Under the pieces are notes generated by a model that made no database searches, was not told where the DNA came from, and worked only from the letters and a program-made list of their open reading frames with translations. Below, one piece after another: positions 1 to 15,408 of a stretch of 64,000 bases of DNA. The position numbers and the translations under genes are program-made. Positions within the stretch are counted from its first letter, which is position 1. Each line of letters begins with the position of its first letter. This DNA is from the human T2T-CHM13v2.0 reference genome, Homo sapiens: the NCBI RefSeq assembly GCF_009914755.1, contig NC_060948.1. One strand, written 5' to 3'.

Positions 1-2796
1 CTCTGCTGCCTGGATCCTGCCCACTGAAGAAATTGTGACATACCACTGAGTATAAAACCTAGATGATGTGACAGTACCCTTTGTTATGTACTCTGTCAAG
101 AGAGGGAATTTTAATATGTTGTTGAACATGGCACCTGGAGGTGTGACTATCCACTATTTTTTCAACCATGTATACAGTGGGCATGATGACATATTATTTG
201 AGATTGTACCCAAGTGATATAAGCCTCCGGTCTGGGTTGTGCCTACAGAGGAGATTATAAGGTATGCCTGGCTAAGGACCCAGATGATGTGATTCTACTG
301 TCTTGTCTCTGCCCAAACATAAAATTGGGACTTACTCATGAAATCAGTTCATATGTGTAACAAAAACTTTCAAACGTTGACGCAGCCAAGGGAGATATTT
401 TGGTTCTCGTTGCCAGTCTTATGGCCATGGATAAATTCTGAGACCTCCCACCTGTAACAATTCACAGAAAACTGTGCTACTCAGGTATATCACATAAATC
501 ATGAGTGGTACAAAGAGTTTCATAACAGGCACCAACAACCAGGTGCTATTTTGAGTCTTGGATGCACACCCAGCTGACACGATTTTCATTCTCATACATA
601 AACAGAGCCTACAAATGAGGTACTAAATTTCACACACATAAGCAGTTGAAATCTTAAAATTGTAACTCTCATACATGAATCTGATCCGCAGTTGGTTTGG
701 TGGCATTTGAACGATGATTCAGCAAGCCTGTGGTGCTTTGAATCTACTAGTGGAGCACAATCTTCAAGTGGGATTGGGGCTCTTATACATGCATCTTGCC
801 CATTGTTGAGACTCTGATGTCTGTACTTCGACCCAACTCACAGGAGATGTTGACTCTTACACCCGAAGGCAGGACTTGTGTGGGACTATGAAATGTATTT
901 CTGAACATTTTCGAGTGTGTGCTTTAGAAGTATGACTTTGCCCAGTATCTGACTGTTTTGAATCTCCTTTCTAGGCCCACAGCACAGTTCGGATTGTGAC
1001 ATATGTGTGCTAAGCACCTAAGCAATATATGATATCTTCTTTGGCAGAGGGACCAAGGACATCTTTACATATCCCTGAAAGAAGCACCCAGCTGATGCAA
1101 AACCTTGGCCGGAAGCTTGCCTACAAAGAGCACTGTGGCTTTCATCAAGGTCCATCATATAAGTGATGTGACTTCCTTCTACTGCCTTGGCCTTGCACTT
1201 CTAGTGCATTGTTACACATAACTGGGTACTGCACCCATGTGATGGGACCCTTTGTTTGGAGGGGGTAGATTCTACCAATATAAAAACTGTATAATATATC
1301 ACTTGGCTCAGCACCTAGGTGATGTTTCTTCTCTCTTGACTGAGCCCTGACCACCAGAGAGATGGTGACATATAGGTGAAACCAGCACAAGGTGAGTTCA
1401 CTCTCCTGCCTTGGTCATAAACATAGGGGCCATTGTGACATATACCCAAGCCAATTGCCTAGGTGAGGTTTGTGTCCTCTCCTGCCTAAGCCCTGCCCAC
1501 AGGGGGTTTTAGATATATCACTGAAACCAACATCCGGGTTAAGTGACTCTTCTTCTAGAGGCCTGTACACAGCAAGGATTGTGACATTCAACTAGACAAG
1601 CATCCACTCAGGTGATGAGAATTTCCTTTTTTCTCCATGTTCACAGGTTATATTGTGTCATATATGTGAGAGCAGATCAAAGGCCTAATAACGACCATTG
1701 CACCTGGAGCCTGAAACTTTTTATAGGTGTTATTGTGACACTTTCCTTTGCCAATCTCCTGAGTGATTTAATAATCCTACTCAGTTATAGCTAACAGATG
1801 ACATTTTGACATATACCTGGACAAAAGCGTGATGATTTGACTCTCATGTTTTAACAGTGTCCTCAGAAGGGATCATAACATATTGCTGGATTCATCCTCT
1901 AGGTTGTGTGTCTCTCCTCTCCTGCCTGAATCCTGATTCTAGTGAAGATTTTAGCATTTCTATGCACTGGATCCAAATGACACAATTCTATTGCATGGGC
2001 CCTTTTCAACAGGAGGCATTGTGACATATCTCTGGGGCCATGATTTAGGTGACATGACTCTACTCTCCTTCCTGGGCATTCTCCACAGGGGTATTATGCC
2101 ATAGGGCTTTGCTTAAAACCCAAGTTTTGTGAATTTTCTGTTAGTGTCTTGCCTTCAAAGAGAATATTGGAATAATTCTGACTTAAAATTTAGGTGATGT
2201 GACTGTCCTGTCTGTTTAATAACCACAGAGGTAATGATGACATTTACCTAGGTACAGCTAACAGGCATGATAATGACTCTAATATGGGAACCCAGGCAAT
2301 AAGGTAAATTTTGACTTTTGTCACAAGATTTTGAGACATGAGTGATGTTAAGGACCTTCATCTGGTAAAAAGCTCACAGAAAATCATAACAAACACACAT
2401 AATTTATAACAACCTTGGGTTATATAGAGTGTCATAATAATGCCTAGCAGACAGAGAAAACTATGAGTCTCATATGCACACCCAAATAACAGTAAGGGCT
2501 TTCAACATCAAAGATGAATGAAAGCAACTATCCTACATAAAAAGAGGACATGTGTGGCATTGTAAATCTAATTCCTAGAATTTAATTCCATTGTGAATGT
2601 GATATAAATCTTTCCCAAGCACCTGTGTAATTTCACTCTTCAGATTGGGTCCAGCCTATATATGGAATTTTGATATCTACCTGGGCCAATTTTCAAGTGA
2701 TGTGACACTTCCGCCTGGGCTGTGCTCTCAATAAGAATTGTGACATCACTGGATCCAGCACCCAGGTGATGTTACATTCTTGCTGCACTATGCCCA

Positions 2797-3773
2797 CCCC
2801 CGATAATTCAATGTTATTTCACGTAGGTTCTTTTCTATTTCCCTAAGTGTTGGCTGGTCTGAGAAATAAAGGGAAAGAGTACAAAAGAGACAAATTTTAA
2901 AGCTGGGTATCCGGGGGAGACATCAGACGTCGGCAGGTTCCCTGATGCCCCCTGAGCCATAAAACCAGCAAGGTTTTATTAGCAATTTTCAAAGGGGAGG
3001 GAGTGTATGAATAGGGTGTGGGTCACAGAGATCACATGCTTCAAGGTCAACAAAAGATCACAAGGCAGAAGGTCGGGGTGAGATCATGAGATCAGGGCAA
3101 GATTAGAATCACTAATGAACGTCCATGTCCAGCTGTGCACGCATTGTCATCTTAACAGGGTTCAAGGGCAGAGAACCGGTCTGACTAGATTTTGCCAGGC
3201 TGGCATGTCCTAATCCTAGCACGCCTGGGGATGCTGCTGGAGACTAGGGTGTATTTCATCCCTATCTATATCTGCATAAGGCAGACACTCCTAGGGTGTC
3301 CATTTTAGATGTTCCCCCCTGGGAATGCATTCTTTTCCCAGGGCTGTTAATTATTAATATTCCTTACTGGGGAAAGAATTCAGCGGTATTTATCTTACCC
3401 GTTTTCAGTAATAAGAGAAATATGGCTCTGTCCTGCCCAGCCCACAGGCCGCCAGACTTTAATGTTATCTCCCTTGTTCCCTGAAAATCGCTGTTACCCT
3501 GTTCTTAAGGTGCCCAGATTTCATATTGTTCAAACACACCTGCCCTACAAACATTTTGTGCAGGTAATGCAATCATCACAGGGTCCTAAGGTGACATACA
3601 TCCTCAGCTTATGAAGATGATGGGATTAAGAGATTAAAGTAAAGGCAGGCATAGGAAATTGTAAAAGTATTGATTGGGGAAGTAATAAATGTCCATGAAA
3701 TCTTCACAATTTATGTTCTTCTGCCATGGCTTCAGCCAGTCCCTCTGTTCGGGGTCCCTGATTTCCCTCAACA
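2797..3773 (-). mobile_element. Solo MER11 LTR (HERV-K11/HML-8)
   Basis: The minus strand starts at 3773 with TGTTGAGGGAAATCAGGGACCCCGAACAGAGGGACTGGCTGAAGCCATGGCAGAAGAACATAAATTGTGAAGATTTCATGG, which matches the MER11 5' end. It is ~1 kb long and satellite resumes on both sides. Confidence 0.85.
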
Positions 3774-6700
3774 TCATTGTGACATTTCACTGTGTCCATC
3801 ACTTAGAAGAGGATGCCAGGGTCATGTAACAAGAGGGCATTTTGACATATCATAGGCCTATCATGTAGGTGATATGGCTCTTCTGCTTGGGACCTGCCCA
3901 CTTGAATAGTGACACATTGCCAGGCCAGGCACAAAAGTGATTGTACTCTTTTGCCAGGGCCATGCTTTAAAGAAGGCTTTATGACATATCTCTGAGCCTA
4001 TCACCTAGATTATATGACTTCTTGCTTTGCCTTGTCCACATGGATCTTTGTGATATAAGGGTGGAATCTGCACCTAGGTGATATAACTCTCTTGTCTGGG
4101 TCCTGTTCTAAGGGGGACTTATGAACATGTCAGGGCCCAGGACCAGATGATGTGGCTCTTTAGCCTGGTTTCTGCCCACATATTAATTTGTGATATATGC
4201 AAAAAGAAGCACCTATGTAATATGACTCTCTCTTTCTGCCTGAGCCTTGGCTACTTGTGACATTGGGCCATATCTGAGCCCATCATGGAAGTGATGTGAA
4301 TCCCTTCTGCTGCCTGGGTCCTTCATTTACAGTGCACTGTGACACAGAAGTGGGTACTGCACACAGGTGATGTGATTCTCCTTTTTGGGTTCTGCCAACA
4401 GGAAGTGATGTAACACATCACTTGGCTCAGCATGTAGGTGATGTTTCTTCACTTTTGCTTAGGCCCTGACCACACGGAGATTGTGGCCTGTTGCTGGACC
4501 CAGAAACAATGTGAAGGCACTCTCTAACATTGGTACTGCACATCAAAGACATTGTGAGACATATCTAGATAAATTCCTTAGGTCAAATGAGTGTCCTCTC
4601 TTGCTACAGTCCTGCCCACAGACGGGATTTGGATATGTCACTGCAGTCAGCATAAAGGTGATGTGGCTTTTCTGCCAGGGTCCTGCCCAGAAGGTGGATT
4701 GTGACATCTCACTGGTGCCACCTCCACATAGGTGACGTGACTTTCTTGCCTTCTCTATGGCCACAGTTGATATTATGCAATATACCAGAGAAAATTACAA
4801 AAGTCTAATAACAACTCATATGCCTGGTAATTGTGACAAGTACTTTTGCCCAGCTGCTGACTGACTTAGTATTTCTGCCTCTGTATAGCCCATAAATGAG
4901 ATTTTGACAAATAACTGTGCCGCACATATTAATGATTGCTTGTGTTATCTTAACAGTGTCCGCAGGGGGGAATTGTTAACATATTTCTGGACACATATTA
5001 TAGCTTACATGCCTCTCCTTTCCTGCCTGGACCCTGCTTCCTTTGGTAATTGTAGCTTTTCTAAACACTGTATCCAAATGATATGAATTTCTTGCTTGGG
5101 CCCTGCCAAAATGAGGCACTGTGACATATATTTGGGCCCACGATTTAGGTCATATAACTCTCCCCTCCTGCCTCGATACTGCTACAAATGACATTGTACC
5201 ACATAGCTGAACCTAGAACACAAGTTATGTAAAATTTCTGACAGTACCCTGCCTATTAAGAGAATATTGAAATATTTCTAGCCCAGTATTTAGGTGATGT
5301 GGCTGTTCTGCCTGCTTCATAACCACAGAGGGAATTGTAGCATATACTAGGCATGGCTCACAGGAATTATGACTCTCATATGTGGGCTCAGCCAATAGAA
5401 AATATTTTGACTCATAACTAACTTTAGGGACATGCGTGATGTCTTGGATCTCCTTTTTCTGCAAAGATCACAAGAGATTACAACACTCCACATATTTTAC
5501 AAGGTCTTTAGTTTATACAGACAGCATCAAAGCAGGGCTTGGCACACAGGTGAAATTGTGAGTCCTGTATACACACCGAGCCGTGTGTAAGGACTGTCAT
5601 TATTTCACAAGGATTAAGCCAGTTGTCACACATAAAAGCAAGATGTGTGGTATTGTAAATCTCACCTTTGGAATTTTCTGAAAATGTGATTTTGATATAA
5701 ATTTTTGCCAAGCTCCTGTGTAATTTGAGTCTCCAGGGTGGTCCTAGTCCATATATGGGATTCTGATATCTACTTAGGCCAAACTCTAAGTTATATGACT
5801 CTCCTTCATAGGCCCCTCTCTCAGTAAGGATTGTGATATATCACTGGATCTAGCACCCAAGTAATGTTACATTCTTGCCTGTGCCATGCCCACCCAAATT
5901 ATAGTGACATATTTCTGTGTCCACCTCATAGGTGATGTAACTCCTTTCTCTGGAATGGGCCGTGCACAAAGGAAGGATAGTGACATATTGCAAGGCCAGG
6001 CCCACAGGCAAGGATACTCTTTTGGCAGAGCCTTGCCCAAAGGAGGGCATTTTGACATAACTCTGGACCTATCACCTAGGAGATGTGGCTCTCCTGCTTG
6101 GGACCTGCCAACCTCGAGGTGAAATATTTCTTGGCCATGCACATAAGTAGTAGTACTCTTTTGCCAGGGCTATGCTTCATAGAGGACATTGTGATATATC
6201 TCTGGACCTATCTCCTAGGTGAAGTGACTCCTTTTTTGGGCCCTACCCACATGGAACATTGTGGCATAAGCAGAGAAACTGCACCTAGGTGATGTAGCTC
6301 TCTCTGCTGGGGGCTGTTTTAAGAGAGCCTTGTGCTATATCTCAGGACCCAGCACCCAAGTGATGTGGCTATTCTGCCTGCTTTCTGACCACATATTACC
6401 TGTGACATATTCCATGGAAAGAACATAAGTGATACGGCTCTTGTCATCTGCCTGAGTCCTGCATCCTGGGGACATTGTGACATATCTCTGAGCCCATGAC
6501 CTAAGTGATGTGACTCTTTTTCTGCCTGGGCATTCACAGTAGGAGGATTTGGGCACATTACTAAGCCCAGCACTCACAATATGTGACTCTCCCTTTTTTC
6601 CTGAATTATGCCACAATAAATGAAATTTTGACCTATTCCAGGGTCCATAGCCCAGATGATGTCACTCTACAACCTTGGTTCTGCATAGAGAGAAAATTAT

Positions 6701-7422
6701 GACATATGGCATATTGCTGGGCCAAGCACCCTTATGATGTGACTCTCCTGCCCGTTCTTGAGCCAATGAAGGTATTTTGACATATCTTAAGTCCATTATC
6801 TAGGTGTTTTGGCTCTCATAACTTGACTGGGTTTTTTCTGCATGTGGGATGGTGTCATAATGATGGGTCCAGCACCCAGTTAATTTGACCCAATTTCTTA
6901 TACCAGACATGGAAAAAGCATTGTTACATATTGCCTGGCAAAGCGTCTAAGTGATGTTACCCTTCTGCCTAGTTTTTTGCTCATATATGGGATTATGACA
7001 TATGCCTTTCTTCAGTTCACAGGCATAATGATTAAACTTATATTTGGATTCAGCCAATTAAAAAATCTTTTGCCTCTCAGTGTTAGGCTTAGGGCAATAA
7101 GTAAGGTCCTGGGTTGCATATTTTTCCAAGCTCACAGAAGTCTACAACACTAACTTATATTGTATAAACTCTGCTGGTAGAGAGCTTTATAACAGGGCCT
7201 GGCAAAAAGTTCAGAATGGGACTCTCATTTACACACCCAGATGAAATTAAAAGTTGTCACCATCCCACATTTATAATGCCCACTGTAGAAGTTCTGAGTC
7301 TAATGAGGGAATACATCACAAATTTGAAATTGGACCTTTTTTTTTTTTATTTGGATCTGGACACAGATGGGATGGTGACTTATTTCTGAACCGAGCCCAC
7401 AGGCATAATAATAGGTGTTCCT

Positions 7423-7805
<383 letters not shown>

Positions 7806-8692
7806 TCAGTTTAGGATGATAGGTAAGACCGTGAGTCCATATGAGCAAATAGGCCTCAGAGAGGTTTGAAACTCTCACACGGGTTTTATAAAGCCCTTAG
7901 ATGTTTTTGAGAGTGTAATACATTGGTCCAGCACACACGTGAGATTGTGACTCTAATATACATGCTCAGCTAAAGGTTAAAGTCATCCTCAAAGATGAAG
8001 GGATGGTGTCATATCACTGGCCTAGTATCGTGGTATTGAGACTTTTTGCCTCAAATTACTTTCCATGGGTGCATTGTTACATATCGCTAGGTCAGAATCA
8101 TAATAATGTGCCTCTTCTGCCTGGGCCCTGGTAACAGGGGATATAATCACAACTATCTGGGTCTATCAGATGCGTGGTTTGTCTCTCCTGCCTGTGCCCT
8201 GCCCCCAGAGAACATTTTGAAATACCACTGAAACTAATGTCCAAGTAATGTAACCCTCCTCTCTTGCCTGCATCCTCAGCCCAAAAGAATTGTGACATAC
8301 GGCTGAATGTAAAAGCTAGGTGACATATCTCTCCTCTCTATGCAAGAGTATATGTTTGTGCTGCATTCTATTTCATTACTTCGTATTCTACCTTTATTCT
8401 ACCAGTGCCAAAGTGCTTTGATTACTCTAGATTTTTGTATGTGTGTGTTTGGAAATTATTATGTGTAATGCTTCTAATATTTTTCTTCTTTTTAAAGTTT
8501 GTCAGGCTTTCCGTGGTCCCTTAAGATCTTACATAATTTTGTGAATTTTTTTCTATTTTTGGAAAACTCAAATTTAAAACTGAAAAGGGTCATGTTTTAT
8601 ATGTGGGTTACATTAAGCCACGAAGAAGCATGGACACATCACAATATTATGTCTTCCAACTCTTAAGAAGAGCATGCTCAAAATGTGTTGTT

Positions 8693-9017
8693 GGCCAGGT
8701 GTGGTGACTCATGCCTGTACTCTCAGCACTTTGGGATGCTGAGGAGGGTGTATGGAGACTTCAGGATATTGAGACCATCCTGGACAACATGGTGAAACCC
8801 TGTCTCTACTAAACTATAAAAAATATTTGTACTTTATGGTTGTGTGACTGTATTCTCAGCTACTCAGGAAACACGGTGGTTTGCATGCCTTTAATCCCAG
8901 CTACTCAAAAGGGTGAGGCTGGGGAACTGACTGAACCCGGGAGTTAGAGGTTGCAGTTAGCTGAGATTGTGTCAATGCCCTCCAGCCTAGGGACAGAGTG
9001 ATACTCCATCTCAAAAA

Positions 9018-9020
<3 letters not shown>
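8693..9020 (+). mobile_element. Diverged AluS with an internal ~40-bp duplication
   Basis: GGCCAGGTGTGGTGACTCATGCCTGTA start. The segment ending CAGCTACTCA occurs twice (~8838-8910). Confidence 0.9.

Positions 9021-9065
<45 letters not shown>
9021..9065. repeat. (AC)22 microsatellite at the Alu tail
   Basis: Perfect AC run read directly from the sequence. Confidence 0.97.
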
Positions 9066-9069
<4 letters not shown>

Positions 9070-10532
9070 TTTCTCTGTTACGAATTTCTAGTTTTATTGC
9101 ATTTGCACTATAAATACTTGTAAAATTTTAATTTAAAAAATTATGAAGTCTTTTGTGGTGTCACACGTGGTCCACCTCACAAAATGATTTGTTAGCTATT
9201 GAAAAGAATGTGTGTTCAGTTTTCTATATATATTTGTTAGGTGTAATTATTGCATAGTGCATTCAACTTGTTCCTTCCCTTATTGATATTCTGTCTTGTT
9301 TTATTTATTCCTAAAAGCGGGATATTGATGTACCCTTCCATTATTATATTGCTGTCAATTTTGGCTTCAATTTTGTCAATGTTTACTTAATGTGTTTGAG
9401 AAAACTTTCATATATTTATAGATTCTCAGTGAATGATCTCTCTTACTAGAATTGAATGTCCTACTTGGTCTCTTGTAAATTGTCTTAAAGAAAATTTGGG
9501 GCGGTTCCAAGTGGCCGAATAGGAACAGCTCCAGTCTACAGCTCTCACATGAGTGATGACAAAGATGGCTGATTTCTGCATTTCCAACTGAGGTACCAGG
9601 TTCATCTCACTGGGGCTTGTCAGACAGTGGGTGCAGGACAGTGGGCACAGGTCACTGAGCATGAGCCAAAGCAGGGCGAGGCATTACCTCACCCAGGAAG
9701 TGCAAGGGATCAGGGAATTCCCTTTCCTAGCCAAGGGAAGCTATGACAGACATCACCTGGAAAATCGGGTCACTCCCAGCCTAATACTGCACTTTTCCAA
9801 TGGTCTTAGCAAATGGCACACCAGGAGATTATATCCCACGCATGGCTTGGAGGGTTCCACACCCATGAAGCCTCACTCGTTGCTAGCACAGCAGTCTAAG
9901 ATCAAACTGCAAGGTGGCAGCAAGGCTGGGGGAGGGGGATCCGCCATTGCTGAGGCTTGAGTAGGTAAACAAAGTGGCACAGAAGGTTGAACTGGGTGAA
10001 GCCCACCACAGCTCAAGGAGGCCTGCCTGCCTGTGTAGACTCCACCTCTGGGTGCAGGGCATAGCTGAACAACAGGCAGCAGAAACCTCTGCAGACTTAA
10101 AAGTTCCCATCTGACAGCTTTGAAGAGAGTAGTGGCTCTCCCAACAAAGAGTTTGAGATCTGAGAAAGGACAGACTGCCTCCTCAAGTGAGGCCCTGACC
10201 CCCAACTAGCCCAACAGGGAGGTACCCCCCAGCAGGGACAGACTGCAGCAGGGACAGACTGACACCTCACATGGCCGGGTATCCCTTTGAAATGAAGCTT
10301 CCAGAGGAACGATCAGGCAACAATATTTGCTGTTCAGCAATATTTGCTGTTCTGTCACCTCCACTGCTGATACCCAGGAAAACACGGTCTGGAATGGACC
10401 TCCAGCAAATACCAACAGACTTGAGGATCCTGACTGTTAGAAGGAAAACTAACAAACAGAAAGAACATCCACACAAAAACCCCATCTGTACGTCACCATG
10501 ATCAAAGACCAAAGGTAGATAAAACCACAAAG

Positions 10533-11524
10533 ATGGGGAAAAAACAGAGCAGAAAAGCTGAAAATTCTAAAAATCAGAGCACCTCTCCCCCTACAAAGGA
10601 ATGCAGCTCCTCACCAGCAATGGAACAAAGCTGGATGGAGAATGACTTTGGTGAGTTGAGAGAAGAAGGCTTCAGACTTCTCCAAGCTAAAGGAGGATGT
10701 TTGAACCCTCCACAAAGAAACTAAAAAACCTTGAAAAAAGATAAGACAAATGGCTAACTAGAATAACCAGTGTAGAGAAGTCCTCAAATGACCTGATGGA
10801 GCTGAAAACCATAGCACAAGAACTACACAATGAATGCAGAAGCTTCAGTAACTGGTTCAATCAACTGGAAGACAGGGTATCAGTGATTGAAGATCAGATG
10901 AATGAAATGAAGTGCAAAGAAAAGTTTAGAGAAAAAAGAGTAAGAAGAAATGAACAAAGCCTCCAAGAAGGATGGGACTATGTGAAAAGACCAAATCTAC
11001 GTCTGATTGGGGAGAAGGGAACCAAGTTGGAAAACACTCTGCAGGATATTATCCAGGAGAACTTCCCCAACCTAGCAAGGCAGGCCAACATTCAAATTCA
11101 GGAAATACAGAGAACGCCACAAAGATACACCTTGAGAAGACCAACTCCAAGACACATAATTGTCAGATTCGCCAAAGTTGAAATGAAGGAAAAAATATTA
11201 AGGGCAGCCAGAGACAAATGTCGGGTTACCCACAAAGGGAAGCCCATCAAGCTAACAGCTGATCTCTCAGCAGAAACTCTATAAGCCAGAAGACAGTGGG
11301 AGCCAATATTCAACATTCTTAAAGAAAAGAATTTTCAACCCAGAATTTCATATCCAGTCAAATTAAGCTTCATAAGTGAAAGAGAAATAAAATCCTTTAG
11401 AGACAAGCAAATGCTGAGAGATTTTGTCACCACCAGGCCTGCCTTACAAGAGCTCTTGAAGGAAGCACTAAACATGGAAAGGAACAACTGGTACCAGCCA
11501 CTGCAAAAACATGCCAAATTTTAA
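10533..11524 (+). pseudogene. L1 ORF1p, frameshifted and with premature stops
   Basis: MGKKQSRKAENSKNQS start. The fragment 10796-11284 contains WDYVKRPNLRLIG...IIQENFPNLARQANIQIQEIQRTP...RHIIVRF. Confidence 0.93.
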
Positions 11525-11587
11525 AGACCTTCGATGATAGGAAGAAACTGCATCAACTAATGAGCAAAATAACCAGCTAACATCATA

Positions 11588-14500
11588 ATGACGGGATCAA
11601 ATTCGAGCATAACAATATCAACCTTAAGTACAAATGGGTTAAATGCTCGAATTAAAGACAGAGACTGGCAAATTGGATAAAGAGTCAAGACCCATCAGTG
11701 TGCTGTATTTAGGAGACTCATCTCACGTGCAGAGACACACGTAGACTCAACATAGATGGATGGAAGAAGATCTACCAAGCAAATAGAAAAAAAGGGGGGT
11801 GGAAGGGTTGCAATCCTGATTTCTGATAACACAGACCTTAAAACAACAAAGATCAAAAGAGACAAAGAAGGCTGTTGCATAATGGCAAAGGGATGAATTC
11901 AATGAGAAGAATTAACTATCCTAAATATATATGCACCCAATACAGGAGCACCCAGATTTATAAAGCAAGGCGTTAGAGACCTACACAGAGGCTTAAACTA
12001 CTACACAATAATAATGGGAGACTTTTTAACACCCCACCATCAACATTAGACAGATTAATGAGACAGAAAGTTAAAAAGGATATCCAGTAATAGAACTCAG
12101 CTCTGCACCAAGCGGACCTAATAGACATCTACAGAACTCTCCACCCCAAATCAACAGATATATGTTCTTTTCAGCACCACATCACACTTATTCCATAATT
12201 GACCACATAGTTGGAAGTAAAGCACACCTCGGCAAATGTAGAAGAGCAGAAATTATAAAAAACTGTCTCTCAGACCATAGGGCGATCAAACTAAAACTCC
12301 GGATTAAGAAACTCACTCAAAACTGCTCAACTACATGGGAACTGAACAACCTGCTCCTGAATGACTACTGTGTACATAAGAAAATGAAGGCAGAAATAAA
12401 GATGTTCTTTGAAACCAATGAGAACAAAGACACAACATATCAGAATCTCTGGGATACATTTAAAGCAGTGTGTAGAGGGAAATTTATAGCACTAAATGCC
12501 CATAAGAAATCATGAAAGATCTAAAGCTGACACCCTAACATCACTATTAACAGAACTAGAGAAACAAGAGCAAACACATTTAAAAGCTAGCAGAAGGCAA
12601 GAAATACCTAAGATCAGAGCAGAACTGAAGGAGACAGAGACACAAAAAACACTTCAAAAAATCAGTGAATCTGGGAGCTGGTTCTTTGAAAATATCACCA
12701 AAATTGATAGACTGCTAAGCAAGACTACTAAAGAAGAAAAGAGAGAAGAATCAAAGAGACACAATAAAAAGTTATATAGGGGATATCACAACCGATCCCA
12801 CAGAAATGGTAACTACCCTCAGAGAATACTAGAAACACCTCTATGCAAATAAATTAGGAAATCTAGAAGAAATGGATAAATTCCTTGACAAATACACCCT
12901 CCCAAGACTAAACCAAGAAGAAGTTGAATCCCTGAATAGACCAATAACAGACTCTGAATTTGAGACAATAATTAATCCCTATGAACAAAAAAAAGTCAAG
13001 GACGAGACAGATTCACAGCCGAATTCTGCCAGAGGTACAAGGAGGAGCTGGCACCATTCCTTCTGAAACTACTCCAATCATTAGAAAAAGAGGGAATCCT
13101 CCCTAATTCATTTTATGAAGCCAACAACATCCTGATACCAAAGCCAGCCAGAGACAGAACAAAAAAGAGAATTTTAGACCAATATCCCTGATGAACATCA
13201 ATGGAAAAATCCTCAGTAAAATACTGGTGAACCGAGTTTAGCAGCACATCAGAAAGCTTATCCACCACGATCAAGTTGGCTTCATCCAGGGGATGCAAGT
13301 CTTGTTCAACATATGCAAACCAATAAACGTAATACAACATATAAACAGAACCAAAGACAAAAACCACATGATTATCTCAATAGGTGCAGAAAAGGCCTTT
13401 GACAAAATTCAGCAGCCCTTCATGCTAAAAACTCTCAATAAATTAGGTATTGATGGGACGTACCTCAAAATAATAAGAGCTATTTATGACCAACCCACAG
13501 CCAATATCATACTGAATGTGCAAAAACTGGAAGCATTCCCTTTGAAAACTGGCACAAGTCAGGGATGGTCTCTCTCACCACTCCTGTTCAACATAGTGTT
13601 GGAAGTTCTGGCCAGGGCAATCAGGCAGGAGAAAGAAATTAATGGAATTCAATTAGTAAAAGAGGAAGTCAAATTGTCCCTGTTTGCAGATGATATGATT
13701 CTATATTCAGAAAACCCCATTGTCTCAGCCCAAAATCTCCTTAAGCTGATAAGCAACTTCCACAAAGTCTCAGGATGCAAAATCAATGTACAAAAATCAC
13801 AAGCATTCTTATACACCAATAACAGACAAACAGAGAGCCAAATCAAGAGTGAACTCCCATTCGCAATTGCTTGAAAAAGAAGAAAATACCTAGGAATCCA
13901 ACTTACAAGAGATGTGAAGGACCTCTTCAAGGAGCTCAAATCACTGCTCATTAAAATAAAAGAGGACACAAACAAATGGAAGAACATTCCATGCTCATGG
14001 ATAGGAAGAATCAATATCGTGAAAATGACCATACTGCCCAAGGTAATTTATAGATTCAATGCCATCGCCATCAAGCTACCAATGGCTTTCTTCACAGAAT
14101 TGGAAAAAATTACTTTAAAGATCATATGGAACCAAAAAAGAGACTGCATTGCCAAACGATCCTAAGCCAAAAGAACAGAGCTGGGGGCATCACACTACCT
14201 GACTTCAAACTATACTACAAGGCTACAGTCACCAAAACAGCATGGTACTGGTACCTAAATAGAGATATAGACCAATGGAATGGAACAGAGCCTTCAGAAA
14301 TGATACCACACAACTACAGCCAATTGATCTTTGACAAACCTGACAAAAACAAGAAATGGGGAAAGCATTCTCTATTTAATAAATGGTGCTGGGAAAACTG
14401 GCTAGCCATATGTAGAAAGCTGAAACTGGATCTCTTCATTACAGCTTATACAAAAATCAATTCAAGATGGATTAAAGACTTAAATGTTCTACCTAACACC

Positions 14501-15408
14501 ATAAAAACCCTAGAAGAAAACCTAGGCAGTACCATTCAGGACACAGACATGGGTAAGGACTTCATGTCTAAAACACCAAAAGCAATGGCAACAAAAGCCA
14601 AAATTGACACATGGGATCTAATCAAACTAAAGAGCCTCTACACAGCAAAAGAAACTACCATCACAGTGAACGGGCAACCTACAGAAGGGGAGAAATTTTT
14701 TGCAATCTACTCATCTGACAAAGGGCTAATATCCAGACTCTACAAAGAACTCAAACAAAGGTAAAAGCAAAAACAAACGACCTCATCAAAAAGTGGGTGA
14801 AGTATATGAACAGACACTTCTCAAAAGAAGACATTTATGCAGCCAACAGACACATGAAAAAATGCTCATCATCATGGCCAAAAAAGAAATGCAAATCAAA
14901 ACCACAATGAGATACCATGTCACACCAGTTAGAATGGTGATCATTAAAAAGTCAGGAAACTGCATGTGTTGGAGAGGATGTGGAGAAATAGGAACACTTT
15001 TACACTCTTGATGGGACTGTAAACTCGTTCAACCATTGCGGAAGACAGTGTGGTGATTCCTCAAGGATCTAGAACTAGAAATATCATTTGACCCAGCCAT
15101 GCCATTACCGGGTATATACCCAAAGAAGTATAAATCATGCTGCTATAAAGACACATGCACACGTATGTTTATTGTGGAACTATTCACAATAGCAAAGACT
15201 TGGAACCAACCCAAATGTCCAACAATGATAGACTGGATTAAGAAAATGTGGCACATATACACCATGGAATACTATGCAGCCATAAAAAAGGATGCATTCG
15301 TGTCCTTTGTAGGGACATGGATGAAGCTGGAAACCATTATTCTCAGCAAACTATTGCAAGGACAAAAAAAACAAACACCACATGCTCTCACTCATAGGTG
15401 GGAATTGA
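11588..15408 (+). pseudogene. L1 ORF2p (endonuclease/reverse transcriptase), disrupted
   Basis: ATGACGGGATCAAATT start. ORF fragments include IDHIVGSK (EN), [14 protein letters not shown]...LSLFADDMI (RT) and the C-terminal CWRGCGEIGTLLH. Many stops and frameshifts. Confidence 0.95.

Larger units (their letters stand above)
8341..9497 (-). mobile_element. Old L1M-type fragments; host sequence of an Alu and the L1PA
   Basis: T-rich sequence resembling antisense L1 ORF2, e.g. CCAGTGCCAAAGTGCTTTGATTACT and TTGAAAAGAATGTGTGTTC. Highly decayed. Confidence 0.6.
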
